A stretch of DNA of 32,661 bases from an uncultured Gemmatimonadota bacterium. GTDB taxonomy: Bacteria > GCA-2686955. A program made the translations under genes and the position numbers. The DNA is taken from assembly GCA_964490075.1 (NCBI GenBank), contig CAZBBK010000066.1, forward strand, positions 1 to 32,661. The letters run 5' to 3'. Below are positions 1 to 7,930 of the stretch, in pieces; within the stretch, counting starts at the first letter, position 1; each line of letters starts with the position of its first letter. The notes under the pieces are model-generated. The model saw only the letters and a list, made by a program, of their open reading frames with translations. It was not told where the DNA came from and made no database searches.

Positions 1-549
1 CGGCGAACCCGGCCGCCCCCCGCCCACCTCGAACTCCACCTCCGACACCGCCCCCTCCACAACCTCCACCTCGCGAGTCTCCCCTCCGAGCATCACCCGA
101 TGCGCCCCCACAATCACCCGCTCCGCCCAGGGCGTCGTCCCCGCCGCCCGGCCATCCAACTCCACCTCCCGCGCCAAGGCATTCCCCTTCCCATCCACCG
201 CCCGCACCCGAATCCCCCCCATCCGCGCCTCCGGCTCGAAGCGGAACTCCCGATGCTGGTTGCCGCGCAGCCCAAAGCCCTTGCGCCCCGCGTCCCGGTA
301 GCGCGAATCGCGCACCCGTACGGTGTGCGTCCCCGGATCCACTTCGTTTCGCAGCAGCGGAGAGACACCGATTCGCGAACCGTCCAGCCACACCGCCAAC
401 CCCGCCGGCTCCGTCGTCACGCTGATCCAACCGAACTGCGGCACCAGCTTGCGCCCGATGTCGACCTCACAGGTGCCGCTCGCGCAGTCCTCGAGATCGA
501 CGCCGAGCCGCGCCAGGTGCACCTCGATGCTCTCGCCGGTGTCGACCAT
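1..549 (-). CDS. PEGA domain-containing protein, 3' end runs off the window
   Basis: Translated by hand, absent from the ORF track. Open from ATG 549 to base 1: MVDTGESIEVHLARLGVDLEDCASGTCEVDIGRKLVPQFGWISVTTEPAGLAVWLDGSRIGVSPLLRNEVDPGTHTVRV..., followed by a second PEGA-like unit (EVELDGRAAGTTPW...VGAHRV). GAGGA lies upstream. Confidence 0.75.
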   Translation of the reverse strand, partial: MVDTGESIEVHLARLGVDLEDCASGTCEVDIGRKLVPQFGWISVTTEPAGLAVWLDGSRIGVSPLLRNEVDPGTHTVRVRDSRYRDAGRKGFGLRGNQHREFRFEPEARMGGIRVRAVDGKGNALAREVELDGRAAGTTPWAERVIVGAHRVMLGGETREVEVVEGAVSEVEFEVGGGRPGSP

Positions 550-567
550 GGTTCCGGGGAGCTGTCC

Positions 568-1689
568 TCACTTCCCCTGCTCGGCCACCACCAGATCGTC
601 CAGCGGCACCAGGGGCGCCAGACAGCGCCGCAGGGCCGGCCCGATGGCAACACTTTGTGCACGCGACACCGCTTTATCGCTCGCCGCCGCCTCGCCCGAG
701 GGATCGAAGCCGCGCACCCCCTCCGGCCCCAGCAGGTTGCTCGAAGCGTGGCCCCCCTCCGCACCACAGATCCGCGCCTCGGCCCTGGCCTTCAAGCGCG
801 CCAACCAACCGACGGGTCCGTAGTCGAGCTCCAGATCGGCGACGATGCGCAGATCGACGAGCGAGCGCGCGGCGGCGCTCGGGGCGCAGGGGTGGGGACT
901 GGGGGGTCCGACGCCGAGGTCGAGGTCGGCCAGGGCCTGTCTCGCCGCCCTCTCGAGCATTCGCGCCGCCGGGGCCGGGCCGACACGGCGCAGCCGCACC
1001 AGGGTGGTGGCGCGCAGCTCCGCGGCCAGGCGGCCGGCCTCGACCATCTCGGCGACGATGCCCGGGACGGCCGGCAGCGCGCCGTGGCTCACCGCCCGGC
1101 GCTGGGCGTGGATCGCCGCGAGCCGGCGGAAGATGGGCGCGGTGCGGCGCTGGGTGCGGGCGAAGGCGCTCAGGGCGCCGGCCTGGTGCTGGGCGCGCAG
1201 CCGCGTCATCAGCTGGTCGAGCTCGGCCCGCAGGGGAGCCCGGTGGGCGGCCAGCGCCTCGTCGACCCGGCGCCGCTCCAGCGCCGCCGTGGCGTGGAAA
1301 GCGTGCGCGTCACGACCGCTGTCGACCAGGCGAATCAGCGCGCCGTGCTTGAAGCGGGTCGAGTCGACCAGGGCCTGCACGAAGTCCTGCGAGAGCTGAA
1401 GTCCGCCCTCCGCGTCTCCCCACTCATGCAAGCGCCAGCTCTCCACCGCCGTGACCGACGACTCGATGCGCCGCGCGATGGCCCGCCGCGCCAGCGTCTC
1501 GGCGTGCTCCGGCGAGTCGGCGCTGCGGCGCGTCTCGACCAGGTAGCGGGCGTCCGGAAAGCGCACCCGGAGCGGCGGCGCGGGCGCGACCTTCTTGCCC
1601 GCGCAGGCGGCGCAGAGCAGCGCCAGGCCGAGTGCGAGCACGCCCGATACGCTCGCCGGTCGCGGGCGACGACTGTGCTGTGAGACCAT
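568..1689 (-). CDS. Lipoprotein with an LPP20-like N-terminal region
   Basis: 3' part of the 568..3495 ORF. Start MVSQHSRRPR..., hydrophobic stretch and lipobox LLCAA-C. The segment AETLARRAIARRIESSVTA resembles the LPP20 helix. Confidence 0.7.
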   Translation of the reverse strand: MVSQHSRRPRPASVSGVLALGLALLCAACAGKKVAPAPPLRVRFPDARYLVETRRSADSPEHAETLARRAIARRIESSVTAVESWRLHEWGDAEGGLQLSQDFVQALVDSTRFKHGALIRLVDSGRDAHAFHATAALERRRVDEALAAHRAPLRAELDQLMTRLRAQHQAGALSAFARTQRRTAPIFRRLAAIHAQRRAVSHGALPAVPGIVAEMVEAGRLAAELRATTLVRLRRVGPAPAARMLERAARQALADLDLGVGPPSPHPCAPSAAARSLVDLRIVADLELDYGPVGWLARLKARAEARICGAEGGHASSNLLGPEGVRGFDPSGEAAASDKAVSRAQSVAIGPALRRCLAPLVPLDDLVVAEQGK

Positions 1690-1871
1690 CGGCGCGGCAC
1701 CCCCAGAGAGTCCACCGGATCCCCCGCCCGCGACAGCGCGCCGACGGCGCCGGGCGGCAGGCGGGAACTCTGAAAGGATGCGCGCTCTGGACGGGGGGTT
1801 CAAGTCCGAAGGCGCGTCCCGCCAACCCTGACCAGCGGCGCAACATGATACCCTGCAATCCCCTTCAAACC

Positions 1872-3380
1872 ATGCCGACACCCACCCGCAACCCTTCGCC
1901 GAACCCGCCGCGCCCCAGCCCGGCGGCGCTCCTCTTGGCGCTCGCGACCACCTGCTGGCTCTCCGCGTGCTCCGCCACCCGGTCCGCCCCGCCGGCAGCG
2001 GCGCCCGATCGCGGCACCGCCGAGGCGACGCCCCCCCGCCCCCCGTGGGTGGCGCACCGCCCCGAAGCGCCCGCCATGCTCTTCGGAATCGGGTTGGCGG
2101 GACCGCCGCTGCCCCGGGCCGAGCGCCGCGCCGCCTCGCGCAAGGCCGCCCAGGCCGAGCTGGCGGAGCAATTGGAGGTGACGATCGAGGCGGAGACCCG
2201 GCACCAGGAGGAGGTGCTGGAAACGGTCCGCGACGGTCATTGGTCGGTTTCGAGCCGGTCGCTACTCTCGACCGATATCGCCACCCGCAGCGCCGCGGAC
2301 CTGCGCGACCTGAGCGTCGCCGACGACTGGGAGGACCGGGGCGAGGCCCACTGGTGGACGCTGGTGAAGCTCGATCTGAACGCGCGCAGCCGCCGGCGCG
2401 CCGCGCGGGCGCGGGATCTCTGGGCCGGCGTCGAGCGCGCCATCGACCGGAGCGCTCGACTCGATTCTCGCGCCGGCGTCGCGGCGCCGCTGCTGGCGGT
2501 CGCCGGCGATCTCGAGGCGCTCCTCGCCGAGGGGCTGCTGGCGCATCTCGACGAGCCGTCCCGCAAGCTGGAGCGCGTGGGCGCCGCTGTCGAGCGCGCG
2601 TTTTCAGACCTGCGGATCGAGGAGATCGGGGGACCGGAGGAGCTGGAGTTGGGCAGCTCGGAACCGGTGCCCTGGCGCGTTCGCCTGACCCGCCGGGGGG
2701 CGCCCCTGGCGGACCTGCCCTTGTCGCTGGTGCTCGAGCCCGGCGCGGGGGAAAGCAGAGGTCTGATGGTGCAGGGGCACCACGAGCACGCCGCCGCGGT
2801 GCGCACCGACACGGAGGGGGAGGCGGAGATCGACCTTCGGGTGTTGCAGCCCTGGGGACACGGATTGCGGGTGCGGGTGGGGCTCGACTATGCCGCGTTG
2901 GCGGCGCGCCCCGGGCGAGAGCCGCCGAGCGGCGAGGCGCTCGAGCTGCTGGTGCCGCGTCCCCTGCGCCCGAGCCTGCGCCGGGTCTTCGACACCCGCC
3001 CCCTGGCGCTGCGCGTCGAGGCGCGGGTCGGGGGCTGTGACACGGAGACGGCGGCGAGCTTCTCGCGGGCCTTCGTCGAGGCTCTCTCGCGGGTGTGTCC
3101 CGTGGCGCTGGGCGAGGAGGGGGGACTGTTCGTGGACTGCCGGGCGGTGGTCGCCCCGGGAGCGCGGACGCGCGGGATCTGGTCGGCGCGTATCGAGGGC
3201 CGGGCGCGGGTGGCGCTGCTTGACGAACGCTCCGGGCAGGCGGAGACTCTGGCGATCGAAACGACCAAGGGCTTCTCCACGGCGGGCGGCGCGGCCGCCT
3301 GCCGGGCGGCGGCGGCCGCGGGGGGAGAGGCGCTCGCCGACGAGACCGCTCGGTGGCTCTTCGGGTGTTCGGGAATCTGA
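1872..3380 (+). CDS. LPP20-like lipoprotein
   Basis: Lipobox WLSA-C, then PPWV...FGIG...AQAELAEQLEVTIEAET (LPP20 pattern). Start at 1872, with 1845 as an alternative. Extended -10-like TGaTACCCT at 1846-1854. Confidence 0.72.
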   Translation: MPTPTRNPSPNPPRPSPAALLLALATTCWLSACSATRSAPPAAAPDRGTAEATPPRPPWVAHRPEAPAMLFGIGLAGPPLPRAERRAASRKAAQAELAEQLEVTIEAETRHQEEVLETVRDGHWSVSSRSLLSTDIATRSAADLRDLSVADDWEDRGEAHWWTLVKLDLNARSRRRAARARDLWAGVERAIDRSARLDSRAGVAAPLLAVAGDLEALLAEGLLAHLDEPSRKLERVGAAVERAFSDLRIEEIGGPEELELGSSEPVPWRVRLTRRGAPLADLPLSLVLEPGAGESRGLMVQGHHEHAAAVRTDTEGEAEIDLRVLQPWGHGLRVRVGLDYAALAARPGREPPSGEALELLVPRPLRPSLRRVFDTRPLALRVEARVGGCDTETAASFSRAFVEALSRVCPVALGEEGGLFVDCRAVVAPGARTRGIWSARIEGRARVALLDERSGQAETLAIETTKGFSTAGGAAACRAAAAAGGEALADETARWLFGCSGI

Positions 3381-3398
3381 CCAGCAGGAGGTAGTTCG

Positions 3399-4526
3399 AT
3401 GGCTTCGCGCGGGGTGATTCTGGCGATCGTGGCTGTCGTGGCGACGGCGGTTCTGGCGGGTTGTGCTTCGTCCGGACATCCCCCGGGTCCGGCACCGCAG
3501 CCGGTCGAGGCGCCGCGGCAGGGCGAGCCCCACGATCGCCCCACCTGGTCCCGACCGAAGGACCTCGATCAGGCGACCTACGAGCTAGCCGGGGGACTGC
3601 AGCGCGGCCTCCCCGACCAATCCAAGGGCAAGATCGCGGTGCTGGAGTTCGTGAGCGGCGACGAGAAGATCACCGAGCTGGGACGACACATCTCCGAGGA
3701 GCTGGTCAGCGAATTCGCGGCGCTGGGCGGCCTCGACGTCGTCGAGCGGCAGCACTTGCAGCGCATCATCAGCGAGCTGCGCCTGGGAATGGGCGATCTC
3801 TGGGACCCGACCAACGCTCGCCGCGTGGGCAAGCAGGCGGGTGCCGACGCCATTCTCACCGGTACCGTCACCGATCGCTTGACCACCTTGCGAATCAACG
3901 CCCGCGTCATCGATACCGAGACCGGGCGCATCCTGGCCGCCGCGCGGTCCACGCTGACCAAGGACGACGTGGTCAACTCGCTCGAGTCGCGGGTCGTGCG
4001 ATGGCAAGGCGTCGATGCCGAGGATGTTTCCGAGACAGACCCGCCGAGCCCGACCGAGAAACCGGCGCAGCCGAAGCGCAAACCGGGCCTGGTAGGGAAC
4101 TACTACAATCTCGCGCCGGGCGCGAGCGATCTGCCGCAGGGAGAGCCGGTGTTTCGGCGCATCGACCAGACCCTCAACTTCCAGTGGAAGACCGCCGCCC
4201 CGATTCCCCGCATTCGCCCGGACTGGTTCGGAGTGCGTTGGACCGGGTTCATTCGCTTCGACAAGACCGGTATGTACTCTTTTCGCATCGGCCACGACGA
4301 TGGAGTCCGGATCTGGATCGGCGGGGCGAAGGCTTACGACGTCTGGCACCCCTTCGACGGGGTCAGAACAACGGATTTCCACGTGCAAGAAGAGGGCTGG
4401 ACGGCTCTGCGCGTCGAGTTCTATGAGGCCAAGACTTTCGCCGACATCCGCCTCGAATGGGCCCTCCCCGGAGCCCCCGACTTCGAGCTGGTCCCCGCCG
4501 CGGCACTGGCCCACGATGCCCAATGA
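3399..4526 (+). CDS. Lipoprotein with CsgG/FlgO-like domain and C-terminal PA14 domain
   Basis: AGGAGG RBS and lipobox VLAG-C. CsgG/FlgO/TolB-N pattern: KIAVLEF...VVERQHLQRIISEL...GKQAGADAILTG...INARVIDTETGRIL. PA14 pattern: GLVGNYY...RIDQTLNFQW...FGVRWTG...HDDGVRIWI...LRVEFYE. Confidence 0.85.
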   Translation: MASRGVILAIVAVVATAVLAGCASSGHPPGPAPQPVEAPRQGEPHDRPTWSRPKDLDQATYELAGGLQRGLPDQSKGKIAVLEFVSGDEKITELGRHISEELVSEFAALGGLDVVERQHLQRIISELRLGMGDLWDPTNARRVGKQAGADAILTGTVTDRLTTLRINARVIDTETGRILAAARSTLTKDDVVNSLESRVVRWQGVDAEDVSETDPPSPTEKPAQPKRKPGLVGNYYNLAPGASDLPQGEPVFRRIDQTLNFQWKTAAPIPRIRPDWFGVRWTGFIRFDKTGMYSFRIGHDDGVRIWIGGAKAYDVWHPFDGVRTTDFHVQEEGWTALRVEFYEAKTFADIRLEWALPGAPDFELVPAAALAHDAQ

Positions 4527-5506
4527 CCCCCACCCGCCGCACCACACAGCAGACCGGCCCCAGGCGCGGCCTGCCGAGCCGCATCCCCCACCCCAAGATC
4601 CTGCTCACCCTCGCGGCCCTGTTGGTCCTGGCCCTGGTCGCCGCGCGCCGCTGGGAGTCGATCAGCCGCGAGGCCCGTTCCTACCAGATCGAGCATTTCA
4701 GCCTGGGCGTCGACGGCAGCCGTCCCTCTTATCAGCTCCCGGAGGACTTCGAGCGGATGCAGGAGCTGCGTGACAAGGGCAGCTCGTCGGCGCTGCACCT
4801 GGCCTGGACCCTCTACTACGATCACTGGAAGCAACACTATTCGATCGGGCGGCTCTCCGCGCAGGGGATTCGCGTCGGCGCGGACCAGCTGCCGATCGTT
4901 CACCAGATGGTGACCGACGCCTGCTACCTGCTCGGCGTCGAGCGGCTGCCGAATGTGTTCATCGTGCGCGAGCCGACCGAGCAGATCACCGTCACCAACT
5001 TTCGCAACCCCACGATCGTCATCGGCTCGAGCTTCCTCTGGGCCTATTCCTCCGAAGAGCTGCACTTCCTCATCGCCCGCGCCATCGCGCATATCCGTTG
5101 CGAACATATCTTCATGCTGGACATGGTCCAGGGCATCAAGGCGACTCTCGACCGAGCGCTGCCCGACGCCCTCGCCGACTACCTGGTGAGCGGCATGCTC
5201 ATGCAGTACATGGAGTGGCACGAGTGGGCCGAGATGTCGGCCGATCGCGGCGCCCTGACCGTCACCGGCGACGTTTCCGTGGCGCTCGGCGCGTTGATCA
5301 AGCTAAACATCGGTGCCAGCTTCGAGGACCACCTGGGAGCGCTGAACCCCGACGCCTACGCGCGCCAGATCGAGCACGTCGACGACGCCGCCGTGGGATC
5401 GATGGCCGCGACCGTGGCCGAGATCGCCAATCCCAACCCCTTCCTCACGCTGCTGGTGCGGGAGCTGAGCGCTTTCGCCGCCGCGCACTCCCGGATGTTC
5501 AAATAG
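4523..5506 (+). CDS. Membrane-anchored M48 peptidase-like protein with a degenerate zinc motif
   Basis: ATGA overlap with the upstream stop and an N-terminal TM helix. M48 hallmarks: IRVGADQLP...P.IVIGS...EELHFLIARAIAHIRCEH...AEMSADRGAL...NPNP. HExxH reads RAIAH. Confidence 0.8.
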   Translation: MTPTRRTTQQTGPRRGLPSRIPHPKILLTLAALLVLALVAARRWESISREARSYQIEHFSLGVDGSRPSYQLPEDFERMQELRDKGSSSALHLAWTLYYDHWKQHYSIGRLSAQGIRVGADQLPIVHQMVTDACYLLGVERLPNVFIVREPTEQITVTNFRNPTIVIGSSFLWAYSSEELHFLIARAIAHIRCEHIFMLDMVQGIKATLDRALPDALADYLVSGMLMQYMEWHEWAEMSADRGALTVTGDVSVALGALIKLNIGASFEDHLGALNPDAYARQIEHVDDAAVGSMAATVAEIANPNPFLTLLVRELSAFAAAHSRMFK

Positions 5507-5521
5507 GTGGACGGACCCTTG

Positions 5522-5683
5522 GTGGCCCACTCGGCAAATACTGTGACGCACCGAGGGCGCCGATGCGCCGCGCTGGCAAGGCGCGACGACGAGTCATAGC
5601 CGGAGGCTATGGCGAGGAGGAGCAACGCAGCCAGCGTGGATGCAGCGGCGGCCGAATGCCACCCTATTTGCGGAGTGGGCCAC
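5522..5683. mobile_element. MITE-like non-autonomous element, 162 bp, 19-bp terminal inverted repeats
   Basis: GTGGCCCACTCGGCAAATA (5522-5540) versus TATTTGCGGAGTGGGCCAC (5665-5683), 18/19 complementary. Nested stems CGCTGGC/GCCAGCG and CATAGCC-gga-GGCTATG. No clean target-site duplication. Confidence 0.65.
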
Positions 5684-6112
5684 TTAGCCCAGGGGGTTTT
5701 CCCAGCGCAGCTCGTCGAAACGGCGGAATCCCTCATCCGCACTGCAGAGCACCAGGCCGTACTCGATGGCCAGAGCCGCCAGGTGCGCGTCGGTCACATG
5801 GCGCGAGCTGATGGGGTGCCGTTGGAGCAGGGCGGACATGACTTGGCGATGGCGGTCGCCCGGCGCCGGCGTCCACACATTGGGCAGATCCAGCCACTCC
5901 TCCACCCGCTGCCAGAGGTGTGCGACCGAGGGTGGTTCGCTCAACACCCGCGGATTGCTGGCGATGCGCACGAGCCCCAAGAGCGAGATCCAGGGCAATC
6001 CGACGCGAGCCGGCCCGTTGAGCTTGGTTTCCAACCACTCGTGGGCCGGCCCGTGCTCTTCGAATGACGAGACCGTGGCGTAGAGCAGGAGATTGACGTC
6101 GACCAGGATCAT
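5684..6112 (-). CDS. vapC: VapC family PIN-domain ribonuclease toxin
   Basis: MILVDVNLLLYA...VTDAHLAALAIEYGLVLCSADEGFRRFDELRWENPL has the PIN acidic residues. ATGA overlap with the upstream small gene. Confidence 0.93.
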   Translation of the reverse strand: MILVDVNLLLYATVSSFEEHGPAHEWLETKLNGPARVGLPWISLLGLVRIASNPRVLSEPPSVAHLWQRVEEWLDLPNVWTPAPGDRHRQVMSALLQRHPISSRHVTDAHLAALAIEYGLVLCSADEGFRRFDELRWENPLG

Positions 6113-6360
6113 CGGTGGGCTTCACCCTCCGCGAAGTCGACCATTTCCTGCAGGTTGACGATGCCGCGCGGCATCCGCGGGCTGCCGCCATTCAACGGCC
6201 GCAGCCGGTAGGGGACGTCTGAGGCCGCTGGACCTCGAGCGGACACCAGGCCGGCGCGCAGTGTCTGATTGACCGCCGTCTTGAACGCAATTCCCCGCTC
6301 GGCGCAGATCTGGCGCAGGGCGAGGGCCACATCATCATCCAGCGTGAGTGTCGTTCTCAT
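6109..6360 (-). CDS. vapB: VapB-type antitoxin (ribbon-helix-helix)
   Basis: MRTTLTLDDDVALALRQ...FKTAVNQTLRAGL, 83 aa, directly upstream of vapC. Start reassigned to ATG 6360. Confidence 0.88.
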   Translation of the reverse strand: MRTTLTLDDDVALALRQICAERGIAFKTAVNQTLRAGLVSARGPAASDVPYRLRPLNGGSPRMPRGIVNLQEMVDFAEGEAHR

Positions 6361-6366
6361 GTCGTC

Positions 6367-6395
6367 AAGATAGCGAGGTGATGTCTTGATGTCCA
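6367..6395 (-). promoter_or_regulatory. Sigma70-type promoter of vapBC (leaderless) with overlapping direct repeats
   Basis: Minus strand reads TGGACA-N17-TATCTT-N6-ATG. GACATCA occurs twice with an 8-bp period over the -35 and spacer. Confidence 0.65.
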
Positions 6396-6441
6396 GTGGG
6401 AGATGTAGAGGCACCGCCATGCCGGTGTTGCGGTGCGGTGT

Positions 6442-6491
6442 GGTTTCGATACGGCGGTCCCCTACGCAGAGAGACGCTATGTCGAAACCTC
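6442..6491. repeat. Palindromic element, copy 1 (similar to 14795-14857)
   Basis: Arms GGTTTCGA...TCGAAACC. 6442-6469 matches 14797-14824 at 24/28 nt. Confidence 0.65.
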
Positions 6492-6510
6492 ATTCGGCTA
6501 CCCTCCCCCC

Positions 6511-7926
6511 ATGCGACACCTATGGCAAGAGCTGGAGGATCGGGCCTGGGCCGCCGTGCCCGAGCACCAGGAATGGTGGCGGCGGGTGCTCTTCGACGCG
6601 TTGCGCACTTTGAGCGTGGCGCGCGGCGGGATCGCCGCCCACGGCGTGATCGATCGCGCCTACGCGCTGGCGCTGGTCACCGCGATCGGCCTGGTGCCGA
6701 TGCTGGCGACGGTGTTTTCGGTCTCCAAGGCGGTGGGGCTGGGCGCCCAGCTCGAGCCGGTCCTCTACCAGGCCTTCGGCGTGGTCCCCGGCGCTCCCGA
6801 AGCCGCTCTCGGCGACGCGACGGCCGGGAGCACGGGCGTGGCCGAGGTGGTCGACAAGATCCTCGACATCGTGCGCGAGGTCGACGCCACCCGCCTCGGA
6901 GTGCTGGGCGTGCTGCTGACGGTGATCGCCGTCGTGCTGACCCTGGGCCGTGTCGAGCAGGCCCTCAACAAGACCTGGGGCATCGGTCGCGCGCGCTCTT
7001 TCGCCCGCAAGTTCTCCGATTACCTGAGCGTCACCTTGACCGTGCCGCTGCTCTTGATCGGCGCCACGACCCTGGGCGCCACCCGCACGCTGAGCGGCAT
7101 GATGCCGGAGGGGGCGGTGGTCTGGATGAGGCCGCTGCTCGATCTCAGCCCCGATCTCGGTCCGATGGTCCTGGCCTTCTTCGCCTTCACCTTCCTCTAC
7201 CTCTTCTTGCCGAACACCCGCGTGCCGATCGGACCCGCCCTGGTGGGCGGCGCCTTTTCGATGGTCGCCTGGGCGCTCTTGCAGCGAGGCTGGTTGACCG
7301 TGCAGGTGCACGCCAGCCGGGTCGGCGCGGTCTACGGCACCTTCGCCGCCGTCCCGCTGCTGCTCACCTTTCTGATCGTGTTCTGGGGCATCGTCTTGTG
7401 CGGCGGCGAGCTGGCCCACGGTTTCCAGCGCCGGCGCCTGCGCCGCCCGCAGCGCGAGCCCGGTCCCCCCTCGGCGGCGGCCCGGCTGCGCTACGAGCTG
7501 GCGGCGCTGATCCACGGCTCGCTGCAGCACCGCCGCGGCGAATCCCCGCCCACCCTCAGCGAGCTGGCCGGCGCCCTGGCGACCGAGGAGGGGGCCGCCG
7601 AGCAGACCGCCGCCGCCCTGGTCGCCTCCGGCTGGCTGCGCCGCCTGCAGGACGGCGAGCGCGATGTCTACGTGCCGGCCTGGCCGGCCGATAGCCTGCG
7701 CCTCGGCTCGGTGGTGGCCGGCCTGATCCGCGGCACGGGCTCGGAGCCGGTCGCCGGAGGGGAGGCGCCGCCCGGCTCAGACCCGCTGGCCCTGGCGGAG
7801 CACTGGATCGCCCGCGCCGCAGACGGCATCCCGCCCGCGCTCGACGAAATCGGGCTGGAGCAGGCCGCCGCCAGTCCCGTCCGGCCTCCCACGGCGCCCG
7901 ACCAGCCCTCCGACTCGGAAGCCTGA
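6511..7926 (+). CDS. YihY/BrkB family inner membrane protein with C-terminal winged-helix-like region
   Basis: ALALVTAIGLVPML...VEQALNKTWGI.RARSFARKFSDY...LYLFLPNTRV...VYGTFAAVPLLL...GGELA, multiple TM helices. ATG 6511 preceded by TACCCT-N6. Confidence 0.88.
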   Translation: MRHLWQELEDRAWAAVPEHQEWWRRVLFDALRTLSVARGGIAAHGVIDRAYALALVTAIGLVPMLATVFSVSKAVGLGAQLEPVLYQAFGVVPGAPEAALGDATAGSTGVAEVVDKILDIVREVDATRLGVLGVLLTVIAVVLTLGRVEQALNKTWGIGRARSFARKFSDYLSVTLTVPLLLIGATTLGATRTLSGMMPEGAVVWMRPLLDLSPDLGPMVLAFFAFTFLYLFLPNTRVPIGPALVGGAFSMVAWALLQRGWLTVQVHASRVGAVYGTFAAVPLLLTFLIVFWGIVLCGGELAHGFQRRRLRRPQREPGPPSAAARLRYELAALIHGSLQHRRGESPPTLSELAGALATEEGAAEQTAAALVASGWLRRLQDGERDVYVPAWPADSLRLGSVVAGLIRGTGSEPVAGGEAPPGSDPLALAEHWIARAADGIPPALDEIGLEQAAASPVRPPTAPDQPSDSEA

Positions 7927-7930
7927 CCCC

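Noticed and set aside
568-570. Selenocysteine recoding of the in-frame TGA
   Set aside because: No redox-motif context and no convincing SECIS-like hairpin immediately downstream.
100-3495. Long ORFs 100..1683(+) and the 5' part of 568..3495(-)
   Set aside because: Arg/Pro/Ala-rich shadow frames of real genes, expected at high GC.
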